A DNA stretch of 59,699 nucleotides, the filler included, from Sphacelaria rigidula (lineage: Eukaryota): NCBI GenBank assembly GCA_964200075.2. It is 9 parts of 9 records of this genome, joined end to end, with 100 filler letters (N's around TTAATTAATTAA, not from the genome) between each part and the next. Parts side by side here need not be neighbours in the genome. Positions count along the whole stretch, not along the records: positions 19,936 to 26,479 come from CAXNAA020019437.1; positions 26,580 to 33,123 come from CAXNAA020019438.1; positions 33,224 to 39,767 come from CAXNAA020019439.1; 6 more parts are not named here. One strand, given 5' to 3'. Under the pieces are notes generated by a model. That model did no database searches. It saw nothing but the letters and a program-made list of their open reading frames with translations, and had not been told where the DNA came from. The position numbers were made by a program, and so were the translations under genes. Position 1 is the first letter of the stretch, and the number at the start of each line of letters is the position of its first letter. Below, piece by piece: positions 23,791 to 36,698 of the stretch.

Positions 23791-23870
23791 CGGTAGAAAT
23801 GCACGAGGAGGCTGTCGGCGTTTTCGTTTCCCGTGTGCACCGCCTCGTCAAGCCAGGTCGTCACCAGCAC
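23791..23870 (-). CDS. POLE: DNA polymerase epsilon exon
   Basis: agcag|...|gtgcgc; VLVTTWLDEAVHTGNENADSLLVHFYR. Confidence 0.92.
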
Positions 23871-25192
23871 CTGCTCCATCATTGACGCATACACACCCAC
23901 AGGCATGGGCGCACACGGTAGAAACAGTGAACAACACGAAACAACGAACGATGTACACAAAATGGGAACCGACAAGTCACTTTCTTCACTTTTGTTAAGC
24001 AAGTGTTTTCACTTTGTTGTTACCTTGGGGTACATGTTACCATATGAGCACGGCTGGATCTTTGGGGGATTAGTGAAGGTGCGACAATCAATCAAATCCA
24101 GCTATTAATAATCAAACCATTAAAAGCAACTCATGAACAAGGACAGTGATCGGATGAACGAAGGCGAAAAATACCATACTCTTCACTACAAAACGGAGGA
24201 TGGAACATAACTCAATCCGCACAAAACAACAGCACAAGAAAACAACCAGGTAAGTTCCTTTCAACAAAACAAACAAGTGAGCTGGATCATTTTCTGAGAA
24301 ACAGCGAGCGTGGCGCCACCCACACCACAGTACACAACCACACACGAGTCAACGAACGAACAATAAATGGATACTGTGACACATAACCCCCTCCCCCCCC
24401 CCGTGGTTTCACCTCCTTGAGCCTGCGGTCGAAATATACAATATTCAACAAAAACAATAAACAAATCGGCCTCATCAAAAGAACCCTGAGAGGCAAAAGC
24501 AGTCCAGCAACCACCACGGAGCAACAACAAATACAAACGTACATGGAGAGAGGGGCAGACGCTCCATGAGCCTCCGGGCCGGAAATTGTTTCTTGAGAGC
24601 ACGCCCCTTCACATCGCGCCTCATCCTACACCGTTCTGCCTTCACAAATTGCGGGTATTACGTCACATCACTCTCACTGAGCACGGCAGCTAGGCCTCTC
24701 CCCCCCTTAGACTAAAAATCTTCCCTATGCCCGCGTAAATCGCCGTCAAAGTAAGTGCATCCATACTAGAATCAAGAAAGACTGGAAACAAAAAGATGCA
24801 ACATAAAACGTTGCTGTACTTTCATTCATGAACCCTCCCGCCGCCCCGCCCTCTTTTCACTTCGCTCTGCATGTCCTCTCCTGTCTTCATCTTGCTCCTA
24901 CCCAGAGTCTACTTTATCCTCAGCTTGCTTGGACAGCTGATAATGTGCAACGACTACCTAATCAGCCAGCCAATCAGACGAGAACATAGGCGCCACACGC
25001 AGATGAAGGGAGCTGCTCCTCCGCAGACGCCTGAATTCCTCAAAACCTACATATCTCTCCTGGTATATCGAATAAAAATGAAACCAAGACGATAACGCAT
25101 TTGAAGACGTGCATTGAAAGCCCGGTGGAGGGGGACGAGGACCCCACCTCGACCGGTAGCACGGCTGCCCTTTGCATACAGTTGCCTCCTAC

Positions 25193-25399
25193 CTTGAGGA
25201 TCCTGAAGGCAGACGCCACAGCCTGATCATCCCCACCCGCGCCGCCTGTGCTGGCCGCTCCTGCTCCTGCTCCAGCGGCCCCTGAACCACTGGAAAACAT
25301 GTTGCCGGCCCCGCCAGCTGGCTCGTCCGTGTCGTTGCTGCTCACCCCGAGAGCGGTTACGCCCTGGCTTCCTTCGAGGGCTTCTAGGTGTGTCGATGC
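25193..25399 (-). CDS. POLE: DNA polymerase epsilon exon
   Basis: atcag|...|gtagga, 207 nt; ASTHLEALEG...DDQAVASAFRILK resembles SHHVNDMEG...DETALCSNTFRILK. Confidence 0.88.
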
Positions 25400-26879
25400 C
25401 TGATCGGAACATAAAAAAGCAAGAAAAAAAAAATCGACACGGTTATTGCTTTTGTTGTTGTTGCTGCGTATTCGGCCTCGTGTTAATCCCTGTAGCGCAG
25501 GAGGTGTCCATGTTTGAAATCGGCATCATTTCCAGTCCTTTGTTGTTGAAGTGAAAATGATGCCGATTCCACAAATGCACACTTTCCGGCGCCAAGGGGA
25601 TTAACAAATAATGACTATTATTATTATTATTATTATTATCATCACTGTTATCGATATTTACTATTTTCCGCGCATTAGCCCGACCTCTCGAACCCGTGGT
25701 CACAGAAGTAGGCTAATCTTTCCAATACTGTCACTGTTCCTTACAAGAGATTGAGCTTCCATCGCTTCTTCTGAGACTGACTCTTATTTGAACGATCTCA
25801 TTAACATTAGCATTCTTCCGTTAACACGGGACCTCATCATTTTTTTCATCATGACTACGGTTTCTGCTATTAGCTGGCACCAGGTAGCCACGGCTGCGCC
25901 ACAGGTGGAACTCGAGTTTTCAGCTTGTGTGTGGTGGTACACTGTGTCTTGTCCCCCACATTCTTGTGACCCGCCAAACGTTTCGCGCTTTTTGCCGAGG
26001 ACATTGTAGAGGTTGATTTAAAATCACTCCAAGAGAGTCGTATTCGCAAACGTTCCAAAATACCATAGAGCAGAGTACCGTTGATGAACAAGGATTCTTG
26101 ATAGTTTACGCTTAGAGGGTGCTGAAAAACAACGATTGGTTTTCAAACGTTTTTTTTCATCGCCAGTATCCCCAGCCATATTTTACTCAGAGTGTACGTG
26201 CACTAAACATCGAAACCCTGAATAAGAGATGACTACATCAATGTTTACCGTGCACGTTCATTTCAGTATGCAGCGAAGTACTGGGACACGATTCTTTTCG
26301 TGCCTGTTGCCAAAAGATGAGAACCAGCAGGGAGGTGCACCTCAAATGAAAAATTGCGAATCTCCATTATTTTTTACTCGAGCATACTTCTTCATTTTTA
26401 TATATCCTTCTTGGGGGGGGGTACTCATTTGTTGCTTGCCTTAGTCATTTGACCATTGACCACGCATCCCTTTCGAGACNNNNNNNNNNNNNNNNNNNNN
26501 NNNNNNNNNNNNNNNNNNNNNNNTTAATTAATTAANNNNNNNNNNNNNNNNNNNNNNNNNNNNNNNNNNNNNNNNNNNNCATTTACTACGCCTTGGTGTA
26601 TTTTGGCTACAGCACCCCCAAAGCGAGTTCAAGACAAACGAACGAGCTTGACAACCAACAAAAAACCAAGGCGAATTCGCATGCTCCAAATCACAAAGAA
26701 ATGCCTTACTCCGACGCTAATTCACTCGACAGCGCACGAGTCAACCTCAGTTTACGTAATTCCTTCGCAACAGTTTCGGGCGCAGAGATATTTATCTTCT
26801 GAAGAGACTTACTTCTACGTACTTTCTTCAGTACCGAACCTACCTCAGTCGACCAAGACAATAAAATGACCATTGCCTC

Positions 26880-27300
26880 AAAACCATTCGACCGATGGGT
26901 ACACGCAACATCAAATGGGTGTTGCACCTCCAGCGCGTCGCTCTGCTGCGCAATTCTTGTACTTGGTTCTCGAAGTGCGTGGCGGTGTCACTAACCCACA
27001 CACGCCGCACCCCCAAAGTCTTGCATCATTGCAACAAACACTTAGCCGTAACCTCGGCAGGGCAAGTCTCGGTTGGTTCCAACCAAACGAAATTTGACAA
27101 ATCATTCGGGATAACAAACATATAGCAAACCATCAGGCACTTAGTACCGTCAAGTTCGCTACTTCCGACGTACAAAAATCATATTGAACAACCTCACCTG
27201 GCGCAATACCTTGAACAGTATCGCCAAAAACGTGCCACGGGCAAGGATCAGTTTTCATACGTGCATAATTTCTTTGATCCTCAAACACGCGAAACCTCGT
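26880..27300 (-). pseudogene. Decayed Ty3/Gypsy-type integrase; the remnant may extend to ~28860
   Basis: GDTVQGIAPGEVVQYDF...FVIPNDLSNFVWLEPTETCPAEVTAKCLLQ*CKTLG / RVWVSDTATHFEN with a stop and a frameshift. Confidence 0.7.
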
Positions 27301-28232
27301 GTAATCTCTGCTCACAGACAACGAGCCTACGCATTTCGTAGTTTCAGCTCATTTTCACGTCATCAGCAGTGGTCACCGTCTCCTACAGTCAGTACGAGCT
27401 TAATTCCATTCATCATTCAGCAGTATTTTGTTAACTGCCTCACCCTGACGGTCATCAGACACCATGCACATCAGTAGCATTCGAGCGAAAATTGCACACA
27501 TGCATGCCGAGATCCCACTCAGCATACGAAAATGCGTACATGCATGCCAATATTTGACTCAGGACCTGCAATGCAACCCGTGTTGCACAAACCATGCATC
27601 ATGCATGCTATTCAGAGCAGCACAACACAAGCATACCAAATTCCACGCGTACACCGGCATTTTCTAGCGAACGCAACACGAGCACACCCGCTCTACTGCC
27701 ATGCTTCATGCGCGAACAGCAACACAAATGTGACCCAAAAGCACACCATAACAACCTTTAATCGTCAGAAACCGATCCGGAAATACCAGTCATCATGTGT
27801 GTCCTCATGCTCAAGAAGCACCCTCATAAGTACTTGCTCTTCGACAATATTCAATCTGGAGCTCACCACTATATCACTCATATCAGGGGATCCCCGCTTT
27901 GTAGGCTTCCAGTCCGCTCCTGCGAAGTATCAGCACTGGAACTGTTACCTTCTGCACACCATAGAGCAACAATTCCTCTCGTGCGGTAGCTCCTAGCAAC
28001 TACATCTAGCACCCCCATGGTGAATCTCAACACGCCACCAAACAGCATATCCTTACTGCCGAACCAATGCGACACATACTCAGCCTCCACAGAAGTTTGC
28101 GCTTCGACGATTTCTCCTGTTTCAGTCGCTTTTTTAGGCAAAACGAGAGGTGGAACGGGAACAACCATACAGTCCCGCATAGCAACAGCTCTCGAGGGCA
28201 CCACACCATCCTCATTAAGCACCTGACCTGAT

Positions 28233-28455
28233 TGTAATGTGTGAGAAGACCGCGTGCTTAGAGGACCGCATCGAAATTTGAACATCCCTATGGTTAGGGT
28301 TAGGGTTAGGGTTAGGGTTAGGGTTAGTGTCGGGGTTATGGTCAGGGGTGTGGTACCTGCAGGGACTGGCCCGATTGGTTTTGAAAAACATCGATTCTGC
28401 GGTGTTTTGAACTACGGCGCGGTCCTCTAAGCACGCGGTCCTCTCATGCAGTACA
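28233..28455 (-). mobile_element. TGT..ACA telomere-repeat MITE copy with a (TTAGGG)5-6 tract
   Basis: Same TIR and body as 16664-16874 in reverse orientation; TSD not conserved. Confidence 0.9.
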
Positions 28456-29660
28456 CGGAGTTCCAGACGGATATCTTGGATGTACACCCACATCCTCGAT
28501 ACATCTTGCACAATGTAATAGGAAGGAGCGCCGCGGCATGCACTATAAGCAGCATCAACACGAGTCATTCTGCGACGTACTTCACCAATCTCACACACCT
28601 ACGTCAGCTGTCATCAGGTTTGTGGCGGAACAGCACGTTGTATGACTCATATACACGGACCGAGCCGAAGCATGCAGTCTGTGCAACTACAGGACGAAAA
28701 ACGTTACATCGCCGGACGTGAAGACAAGGTGGTGTTCAGCAGCGGCATCACCATTGTCTTCACGTCGAGCGATGTAAATGTTTGGTTCCTCCAACAGATG
28801 GACTGCATACGTCGGTTCGTCCATTTGGGTAGTTCGCCGTGCTGTTTAACCACTTACCCAATATAATATTAATAGTAGCGGTTGTAGGTTAGCTCTGTAA
28901 GCTCCTTGCAACAACTATAGTCGTCTCCATCACAACGCACCTGCAGCTGCCACGCTTCATCCCCATTCGTGGAATTCGCTGGTGAGCAGGCGTCCAAGCT
29001 GACGGCGACTAAGGTCATGGTCTTGTTGAACGACTGGTCGTCCGAGTTGATCTCATTGGCACAGGTGGATGGAGCGCCGCCGGAATCGCTGGTGAGTCTT
29101 GTCCTCGGGCGCTCCACGGCCGATTTGTCTCCCGTAGCATCGCTAGCGCCATAATCAGTGCTGTTCGCACCACTGACGTTTGCCCCACTGTCTCGTTTCG
29201 TCGAGAAGCCGAGAATGTTCAGCAGATTCTCAAAGCCAGGACTTTCATACCTGATCCCAGCCACTGTGCTGACGACGGAGGCAGCCTTCTCCGCATCTGG
29301 GCAGTACACCGAGAGTGTGGGAAAACGGTGTCAGTTTCCTGTGGCACATGTTTGATGGACGATTCCGGAGTGAGGAGGGGCCCAGATGCGCTAAATACCA
29401 AGCACGTGATAGATATGTTGCCTAGCGATTCGAGTGACTCACAACTTCATCACGTGAATATCTTGAAAGAGGTGTCGTATATCGTCGCACAGGGGAAGTG
29501 CGGCGTGAACTACAGCGTTAACAGAAAGGTCTCGCGAAGTACGTCTCAGAACGGCGGAGGGAAAAGGTCGGGAATGACTCCATCGAGTCTAATTGCACAA
29601 CACCCGACAGTTGCATCCGTTCCGTCATTGAACCCGTCAGGATCGCGGTGAAGACACCAA

Positions 29661-29872
29661 CAGAATGCGTGGGAGGACCGCATTTTGGGCCGCATCGACA
29701 TTCAAACACCCCAAGATTGGCGATTTTGGAGACCGCTCGGGCCAGTCCATGTAGGGACCGCGCCCCTGACCCTAAACCCACTACTAACCCTAACACGAAC
29801 CCTAACCCTAACCGTAGAGGTGTTAAAACTCCGATGCGGTCCAAAACGCACGCGGTCATTCCACGCATCACA
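29661..29872 (+). mobile_element. Diverged subfamily of the telomere-repeat MITE
   Basis: AATGCGTGGGAGGACCGC...CCCTAACCCTAACC...TCCGATGCGGTCC...CGCGGTCATTCCACGCATCACA, collinear with 16664-16874. Confidence 0.75.
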
Positions 29873-30059
29873 CCAGATGCAACACACACACACATATACA
29901 TACATAGATGCAAATGTTTATGTATGTGTTTTTACCTGTCAAGAACCCATGTTCACAAGCTACACACACGTATCCACACATCTACATGGAGCTGTGCGTA
30001 GGGTACCCTGGAGGAGGGTGTATGCTTGGGACCTTCTCACGAACCAATTCGCCTCAACG

Positions 30060-30446
30060 CTAGCAAGTACCCTCACCGTACACGTTGACCGCGCTGCAGT
30101 ACACGGCGGCTCCGGCCACCTCGGATGGCATGTACTCGCAGATTATCTCCTCATTCTTCATGAGCATCCATGAAATACCCACCGCGCAGGCACCTACAGC
30201 GCAGGCCTCCTCCTGTCGTAGGGTTCTGGCGACCACGGCACGCTCCAGTATGTGATGCATGAAGAACATTGGCGTGGCAGTGGTGAGTCTCAGGTCGAGA
30301 TTGAACAACAACTTCAACTCGAGATCCTGTATTTGTTTTTTCGCGGGGGACTGCTGCTCCTTTGGGATGTCCATGGCCTCCACAAGTAGGTAGACGATGA
30401 TCTGCTTACCTTCATCGTTCAGTGTGTCTACGCCATCGTCCTCAAT
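30060..30446 (-). CDS. Divergent cyclin, exon 2 (3' end uncertain; possible donor near 30078)
   Basis: ttcag|IEDD continues the K-x-E motif; IQDLELKLLFNLDLRLTTATPMFFM and EYMPSEVAGAAVYCS match cyclin-box helix 5 and the Cyclin_C Y.PS.IAAAA motif. Confidence 0.8.
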   Translation of the reverse strand: MEDDGVDTLNDEGKQIIVYLLVEAMDIPKEQQSPAKKQIQDLELKLLFNLDLRLTTATPMFFMHHILERAVVARTLRQEEACAVGACAVGISWMLMKNEEIICEYMPSEVAGAAVYCSAVNVYGEGTC

Positions 30447-30984
30447 CTGAACATCGGAAATATCAAGGATTCGGCGAGGAAGCAATCGAGGCGTATGTGA
30501 AGGGGATGAACGCGGCTGTTTGCTTGATCCGTATCATCAGGAGGTTCCGATACAAAACGACGGGGTCAATGGCAACAAGGAGCAGAGGTGACACTTGTGG
30601 CGTCAAGCGTATGTCAAGAAACATCGACTACGGCCCATCATTTCTTCTTATAAACACTGTTTTTTCAAAACCTCCGAAATATTCGGACATCGATGACTCT
30701 TGGAAGCTTGTGAGCGCCACGGCGTACAGCTCCCCGAAGTGCTGGGTTGCTGTCTTCAATGCTCAGATTTGTACAAACAATCTAACTGAAGGTTCGGAGA
30801 AAACATCATGCCGATCCATTGTTGGAGAAGCACGAGCGCAGAGTCCGACGAGTCCGAAGCATTCGGGGGTCCTCGGAAAAACAGTGTCAATGCTGGGCCT
30901 GACGACCAGAAACACCTTGAGAACAACCCTCTCACTGCGCCTACCACAGCTCTACATGATCCTCGTCATGTGGTTGCACCGTAC

Positions 30985-31710
30985 CTTATATGCTGCGCTG
31001 ACGCAAGCAGCCGGTAGCCACAACAACTCTTCGTCGGTCAGCGGCTCTTGCTCTGTGGTGCTGCCGAGAAACCTCATCAAGGTCATCACAGCCAGGCTCA
31101 CAGTGTCGCAACTCATAGACTCCGTATCACCCAAGGAATCTCTGAGGGTGATTTTACTTAGCAAATCGATTTGGCCCACCAGCGCCTGTCGCTGCCATTC
31201 CACCAAATGACGGTGGACACGAGCTTTTGAGATGCCCACGTGATCTCTTTGCTCGCGTTCAAACCCGAAGGAAACAGCTGAGTCAACTTCCTCCAGTGAG
31301 CGCGGGATTACACCTTCAAGCGGAGTCGCCCCAGGTAAATTGCCCCTGCACGGCTCCAACCACCGTGCCTCTTCATCGTCGTCGCTGCTCTCGGTGCTGG
31401 TGCTGAAAATGGGGCTGGAGAGACTTTCTGCCGAAAAGCTGTCCAACGGCGGTGGCATGAAGTCGCCTGTATCATCGTGAGCTTGCTCAGCGAAGCCAAA
31501 TGAAATGCTTCGGAAGGGCCGTGATGTAAAATCATTTCCTTCTCCACAGCCAGAGTGACTTTCCCCGTCCGTCCCGTCTCCGTCGTTTCTGCAGTTGATC
31601 AAGGCTGGCGAACTGGTCGACGTTATACTGGATATGAGCGTCGTCGGCAAACCGGAGATGGGTGGGTGCTTGTAAATACAGTAGGCAGGTGAGATGCCGA
31701 TGGGTAGCAC
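30985..31710 (-). CDS. Divergent cyclin, exon 1 (start uncertain)
   Basis: Ser/acidic N-terminus, then RQALVGQI...TVSLAVMTLMRFL...LLWLPAACVSAAYK|gtacgg; phase 0. Confidence 0.8.
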
Positions 31711-31804
31711 GGCTAGCTCGTTTTATCAGTTGCAGGACGAGTGTACTGCGACAGTAGTACTTTCTCCAACACATGAGTATAAAGTCGTTCAGGTTTACAC
31801 TGAA

Positions 31805-32023
31805 AGAATTCGATCCAACGGTCGAGGCGGGAAAGGGACTACTGAACCCTTATCGCGATAAAAAATAAAGGCAAGCACCGCAGAAGGACGGTGGAGTATT
31901 AAAAACAAACGAACAAACAAAAAACTGCCGTGTTGATCTTCCTCCGGTGTGACCCCGGCTGATGCGCCCACATATACCGAAAGGTGTAGACCGGCGTCCA
32001 GAATAAATGGGACCACAATACAC
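31805..32023 (+). mobile_element. SINE, 5'-truncated
   Basis: Body and 3' end match the other copies. Confidence 0.85.
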
Positions 32024-33660
32024 GGGCCCTCAGCCCTGTCCGATGCCGTGAACGATGATATTTTTTTAAACCTTTGTCATTTTTTGGTTGAACCCCGGTA
32101 TTTTTCTTCTCTACGCGATCTCCTGCATGGGCCAGCGGCCCGAAACTAAAGCAGTTGGCCCCCAAATGGCCGTTTTCCCCCCGTTTCCGGAAAAAAGGGG
32201 CGGGGGGGAATGGAAAACCGAAAAAGTGGCGTAAAACGCAATCATGTGCAAAATGTATTTCCGTCTTCGCTTCATCATTGATAGACGATATCTTCGCCTC
32301 GTCTGAAAGCATGCCACCTTGTTGTCAGCTACGTTTACAGTCAAAACAGGCAACATTCGTCAACATTTGGTCGAAAACGGTACACATTGGTCGAAATCGG
32401 CCTCAATTTGGTCAAATTTGTGTTGCAATTTTTCCAGGAAACCATTTGTTTTTTTCATGAGCATCTATCTCCGTGATTACATCGTTGCAAGGTATCTAAC
32501 TATCGCATCGTACACCTTTCCGTTCAAAATGTATGACCCGCGCGCCATGACACTTTATTGATGTGTCGGAGGAAGTATAACAGCTACGGCATCCAGACAC
32601 ATCTCTATAATTTGGAATTATGACCTTCCTCCCAACGATAGCCCAAAACGCAGAGAATGGCAGGAGGACTCGGGGGGTTGGCTGCCGTGACGTCGAAAAT
32701 CCCGAGGACACTTTATTCATCCTCGGGGAACCAGTCACAGGCATGCGGTTCAGGCGTTGTGCGCACCACTACTTCTTCGCTGAAACCAGAGGAGGACAGG
32801 CAGAGAGAAAGCTCGGCACATGTTGGACCGTGGAGCACTTTCTATTTAGAGTAGCCATCCCTGGTGTTGGCCGATATGACGATCAAGAGATAGCGGGGGG
32901 ATGAGAGTGGAGGGTGGTATGAGATTAAACGACGGGACGGAGCATGAGAACCACAACGTCATTACTGAACAGGCCTTGTAGTGCTTAGTTGCAAGGTGGT
33001 CAGCGCTGGAGTAGTGAGAGGGTCGGCCCTCGAAGTATGAGTGAGTATCGCTGCCTACGAGCTGGGCCAGTCTGAAAACGGATTTAAGCTCTAAAAGCAA
33101 TATCTCATCGACACAGACGAGTTNNNNNNNNNNNNNNNNNNNNNNNNNNNNNNNNNNNNNNNNNNNNTTAATTAATTAANNNNNNNNNNNNNNNNNNNNN
33201 NNNNNNNNNNNNNNNNNNNNNNNCCCCCCCCCGGTACGTGCAGTACTACACGCCTTATTTTTTTTTGGTGTTGATATATTATTTTTGAAGTGTGTACATA
33301 CACCCTCCGCGGCACCGTGTCCGTCGACTTTACGTATCGTCAAATAAACTCTTTTTTTTTTACTCACGTTGTCCGGTCCTCGCGTTTCCTTCAACGATGA
33401 AAATGATCAGATACGTTCTCAGAATAAAAACAAAACGAACGAAAAAACAAGAAGGGAAGGGAAAAACGCATCTGCCCGGAATAGAACTGAAATGCATGCA
33501 TGCTTGCATTCCTTCGACCCAACCGCTTTTAGCTGTATCAGTCAGTTTGGTCTCCAGAAGCAGAAGCTGCGGGGGGTGTATTCCTATGAGGATTATATTC
33601 ATACCATTTTTTATTTTTTTATCCCTATATCTCCCTGTCGTCCAACTGTCTGTACTGTAG

Positions 33661-33806
33661 GCTGCCAGAGCCCTCCTATTGAGCACGGTGAAAGCCTGGC
33701 GACAAAGGGCAGATTTGCAGGCAGCCCGGAAAGCGGTGTTTCGGGCGAGGGTGGCGTCGGCGGCTGCGGTTTTGGCAGCTTCGAAAAGGCGAAGAACGTT
33801 CCTCCG
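33661..33806 (+). CDS. Sfi1-repeat (centrin-binding-like) protein exon
   Basis: tgtag|AARALLLSTVKAWRQRA...KRRRTFL-CG|gtgagt; LLxxxVxxW repeat; this frame is absent from the ORF track. Confidence 0.65.
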
Positions 33807-33830
33807 GTGAGTTTTTTTTCTTCTAATTTA

Positions 33831-33953
33831 CCCTTTTGGAACCCGTTGATGATGTTTATTTATGTCATTCGGCATCATATTTTCAGTCATTTTCAAGTCA
33901 AAATGGTGCCGATTCACAGAAACAAAAAAAATCGTCGATGGGTTCCCAAAGGG
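33831..33953. mobile_element. 123-bp piggyBac-like MITE, followed by a second degenerate one at 33958-34057
   Basis: TIR CCCTTTTGGAACCC vs rc CCCTTTGGGAACCC; flanks TTTA and TTAA. Confidence 0.65.
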
Positions 33954-35574
33954 TTAACCCTTAGAGACCGCGAGGGTAGTCCATCCGGACCACGCGTACG
34001 TTTTTCAAGTGAAGTTGATGCCGATTCAACAGATGACCTACTCTTGCCGTCTAAGAGTTACAGAAATAAATCAAACGGAGGGATGAGATCGGATGGATAA
34101 ATACGTGCAAATGTTATTTTTCAGAGGTAAAAGGATGGATATTCCGGGCTTGAATATGTATATATATTTATCCTTCCAACACTATTTATTATTGTGGCTG
34201 CGAAGTGGAATCATTCGCAGGGCGTTTTTATTTTTGCTGTACTGTACTTCAGTCGAGCGCTTTTTAGAAATCCTTCCACTTCAAGTACAGCGCACACTTG
34301 TTTATTCTACTTTTTTTGCGGCGGTGTGTATGCTGTATGTAAGCATGTTGATTGTCGCCGTCCGCGATATGATTTATGTTTTAGGTGCGAAAAACGCATG
34401 TGCAAAATATTGCAGTTATATCACTTCATACTGATGACAACATATGCTCAATGGTTTCGATAGAAAAATGTACTGCGTAAATCGTCGTTAATTTTGAAGC
34501 TAGTTGAAATCACGACCCATCAGATCGAGATTTGTTCCTTGCGGCACCGGATCTTCTGAGGTTAGCCATATGTACTCTCTTTCTTCTTTATTATTTATTC
34601 CTGTCTTGCTTGTATCGTATTTTGTGAGTTTTGAATCTGGGTCTAGTTTTTTTTTTTTTGCTAGCCTGTGACCACGGAAGGCGTCCGCATCAGATGCCCA
34701 GTAGGAATGTACCGCGCAGATATCGGAACGGTTTTTAATGTGAAGACAACAACAACAACAACAACAACAACATTTTTTTTTATTATCGAAAATGATGTGC
34801 TAAGACACGGCTTAAGAAGAAGGAGAATGAGCACATCAACCATCGAAATATTTATCTCATTAATGCGTCGCTGCATGTTCGGCAGGTAATGATGGCCTGA
34901 GTTAAAGTACATCATGCTATGCATTCCAAAAATGTTCGTCCCATTGATGCATCGAATGCGAGTGCACGGTATATACCCGTCGCGATTCCAAAGAATGGTA
35001 TGTCGGCGTTTGTTTGCCTTCACAATATACATCCAACGACTAACTCGTCTGAATCTTGACCCCTTCACCACCAGGGTTCGTAGTCAGGGCCATGCAGGAA
35101 CTTTTCAAGTGACAATTAAGAAAGCCGACTCTCAATCGAATGCTATACTCTTAATCTCGCGAAAAGCTTGTACTGCGCTGCTGCTGCACGAGTACTGTCG
35201 GCACCGATGTGTGCTGTACTTGGTTCATCTCACTGTACTGAACTGTGCTGCTGTACGAGTATATACTGTCCCCGCAAGAGCAAATCGACCACGGACTTGC
35301 TCGGTGCGCTCAGTTATCGTGTTGTGTATGTTTTGCGTCCTGGTGCATGTATACAGGTATCAGCGACACACTACAGCCAGTACAGGACCGCACAGTTGTA
35401 CACCCACAATCAGCTGTGGTGTCTGTGGTTGGATGTTTTTCATCCAACGGTGTAGTGATGCCACTGTACAGTACTGGAACAGGACAATGTCGCATATAGT
35501 AGTCAGCATCAGAAGTTTTCAGAATTCGTAGTTATACTATATTCTGAGTTTTTCGGGAGTACCGTTCTTCACTA

Positions 35575-36320
35575 CTACTTGAAAGTGCTAGCGCCCGTAG
35601 ATTTAGGGAGAAAGCGTAGACCGGGCTCAAACTGCAGTGCTCAAGTTGGTGTTTTTGGGGCGATACGGACTTGATACCCCGTTTATCAGGAGGGTGTTAT
35701 TGGCCGTTTTTGGTCCAATATAAGCAGTTTTCCCGCTCTTCAGCGACGAAACGGTAAATATTCAGATAAATGAAAACGTATAAAATTCTTCACGATAACG
35801 ACCGAGATCGTGTTTCCCTCCTATATTGCACAGACCCCAGTCTAGCATTTTCTGCGGATGGCCTATTTTCGGGGTTTTTTCGCATAACACTTTCCATGAG
35901 CACTCGAAAGTGCTAGCATCGATAATTTTGGCAAAATAAGCAAACCGTGCTCAAATCACCATCGCCCAAGTTGGTGTTGTGGGGGCTATACCTGGTAAAG
36001 ACCCCGTCTATCAGGAGGGTGTTATTGACCGTAAATGGTCTAAGAAACATAGTTTTTCTGCCTTAGCGCAGTGACTAGGTGGAATTTCGAAAAAACAATC
36101 CTTTTGAGTCTTTACTCGTATAATCCGGATCAAGTCGGCCCACCAAAAATACCGAAAAGCGAGAGCCTGGGGTCGTATTTTCGCAGGACCCCCGAAGATC
36201 GGTCACGCCCGTAAGTCACTCATAATTGATTACNNNNNNNNNNTTTGGCATCCAACAGTCACTGTGATGAACGGTGGCAAGCAAAAACAAATTGGACAAT
36301 CTTTGAGAAACTAGGAAATT
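35575..36320 (+). repeat. Diverged ~325-bp two-unit tandem repeat related to 7010-7400
   Basis: GAAAGTGCTAGC...GCTCAAA...CAAGTTGGTGTT...TATCAGGAGGGTGTTATTG repeated at ~35581 and ~35906. Confidence 0.75.
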
Positions 36321-36698
36321 ATGGATTCTGCATACGTCTGACGCTGACTACTGTAGTGTGCTTACTACTGCCGCCAGTTCTCATGTACAGTATCTTGGAA
36401 CTCAATCCCTTGAGCGTGGCGGCGTAAGCCGCCAAAACTGTGTATACTATTGTTATAATTATTATTCCCGCACATGATCCCGATCTCTCGATCCCATGGC
36501 CATAGACTGCGGCTTGTCTTTCCAATACCGTCCCTCCTATTCCTTACGAAAGTTAGAGTTCGCGCCATTTCTTCTGTATATATATTATAATGTCTACTTA
36601 GATTTGCGCGGTCCGCAAGGAGTAACGGTATGATTTTGGCTTCGTAGGAAAACCGGAAAATAGTATGTCACGTGGTGTGGTTCGGAAAGCGATTGCTA

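Noticed and set aside
30422..31210. 262-aa plus-strand ORF
   Set aside because: Antisense to the cyclin exons and intron; no motifs recognised
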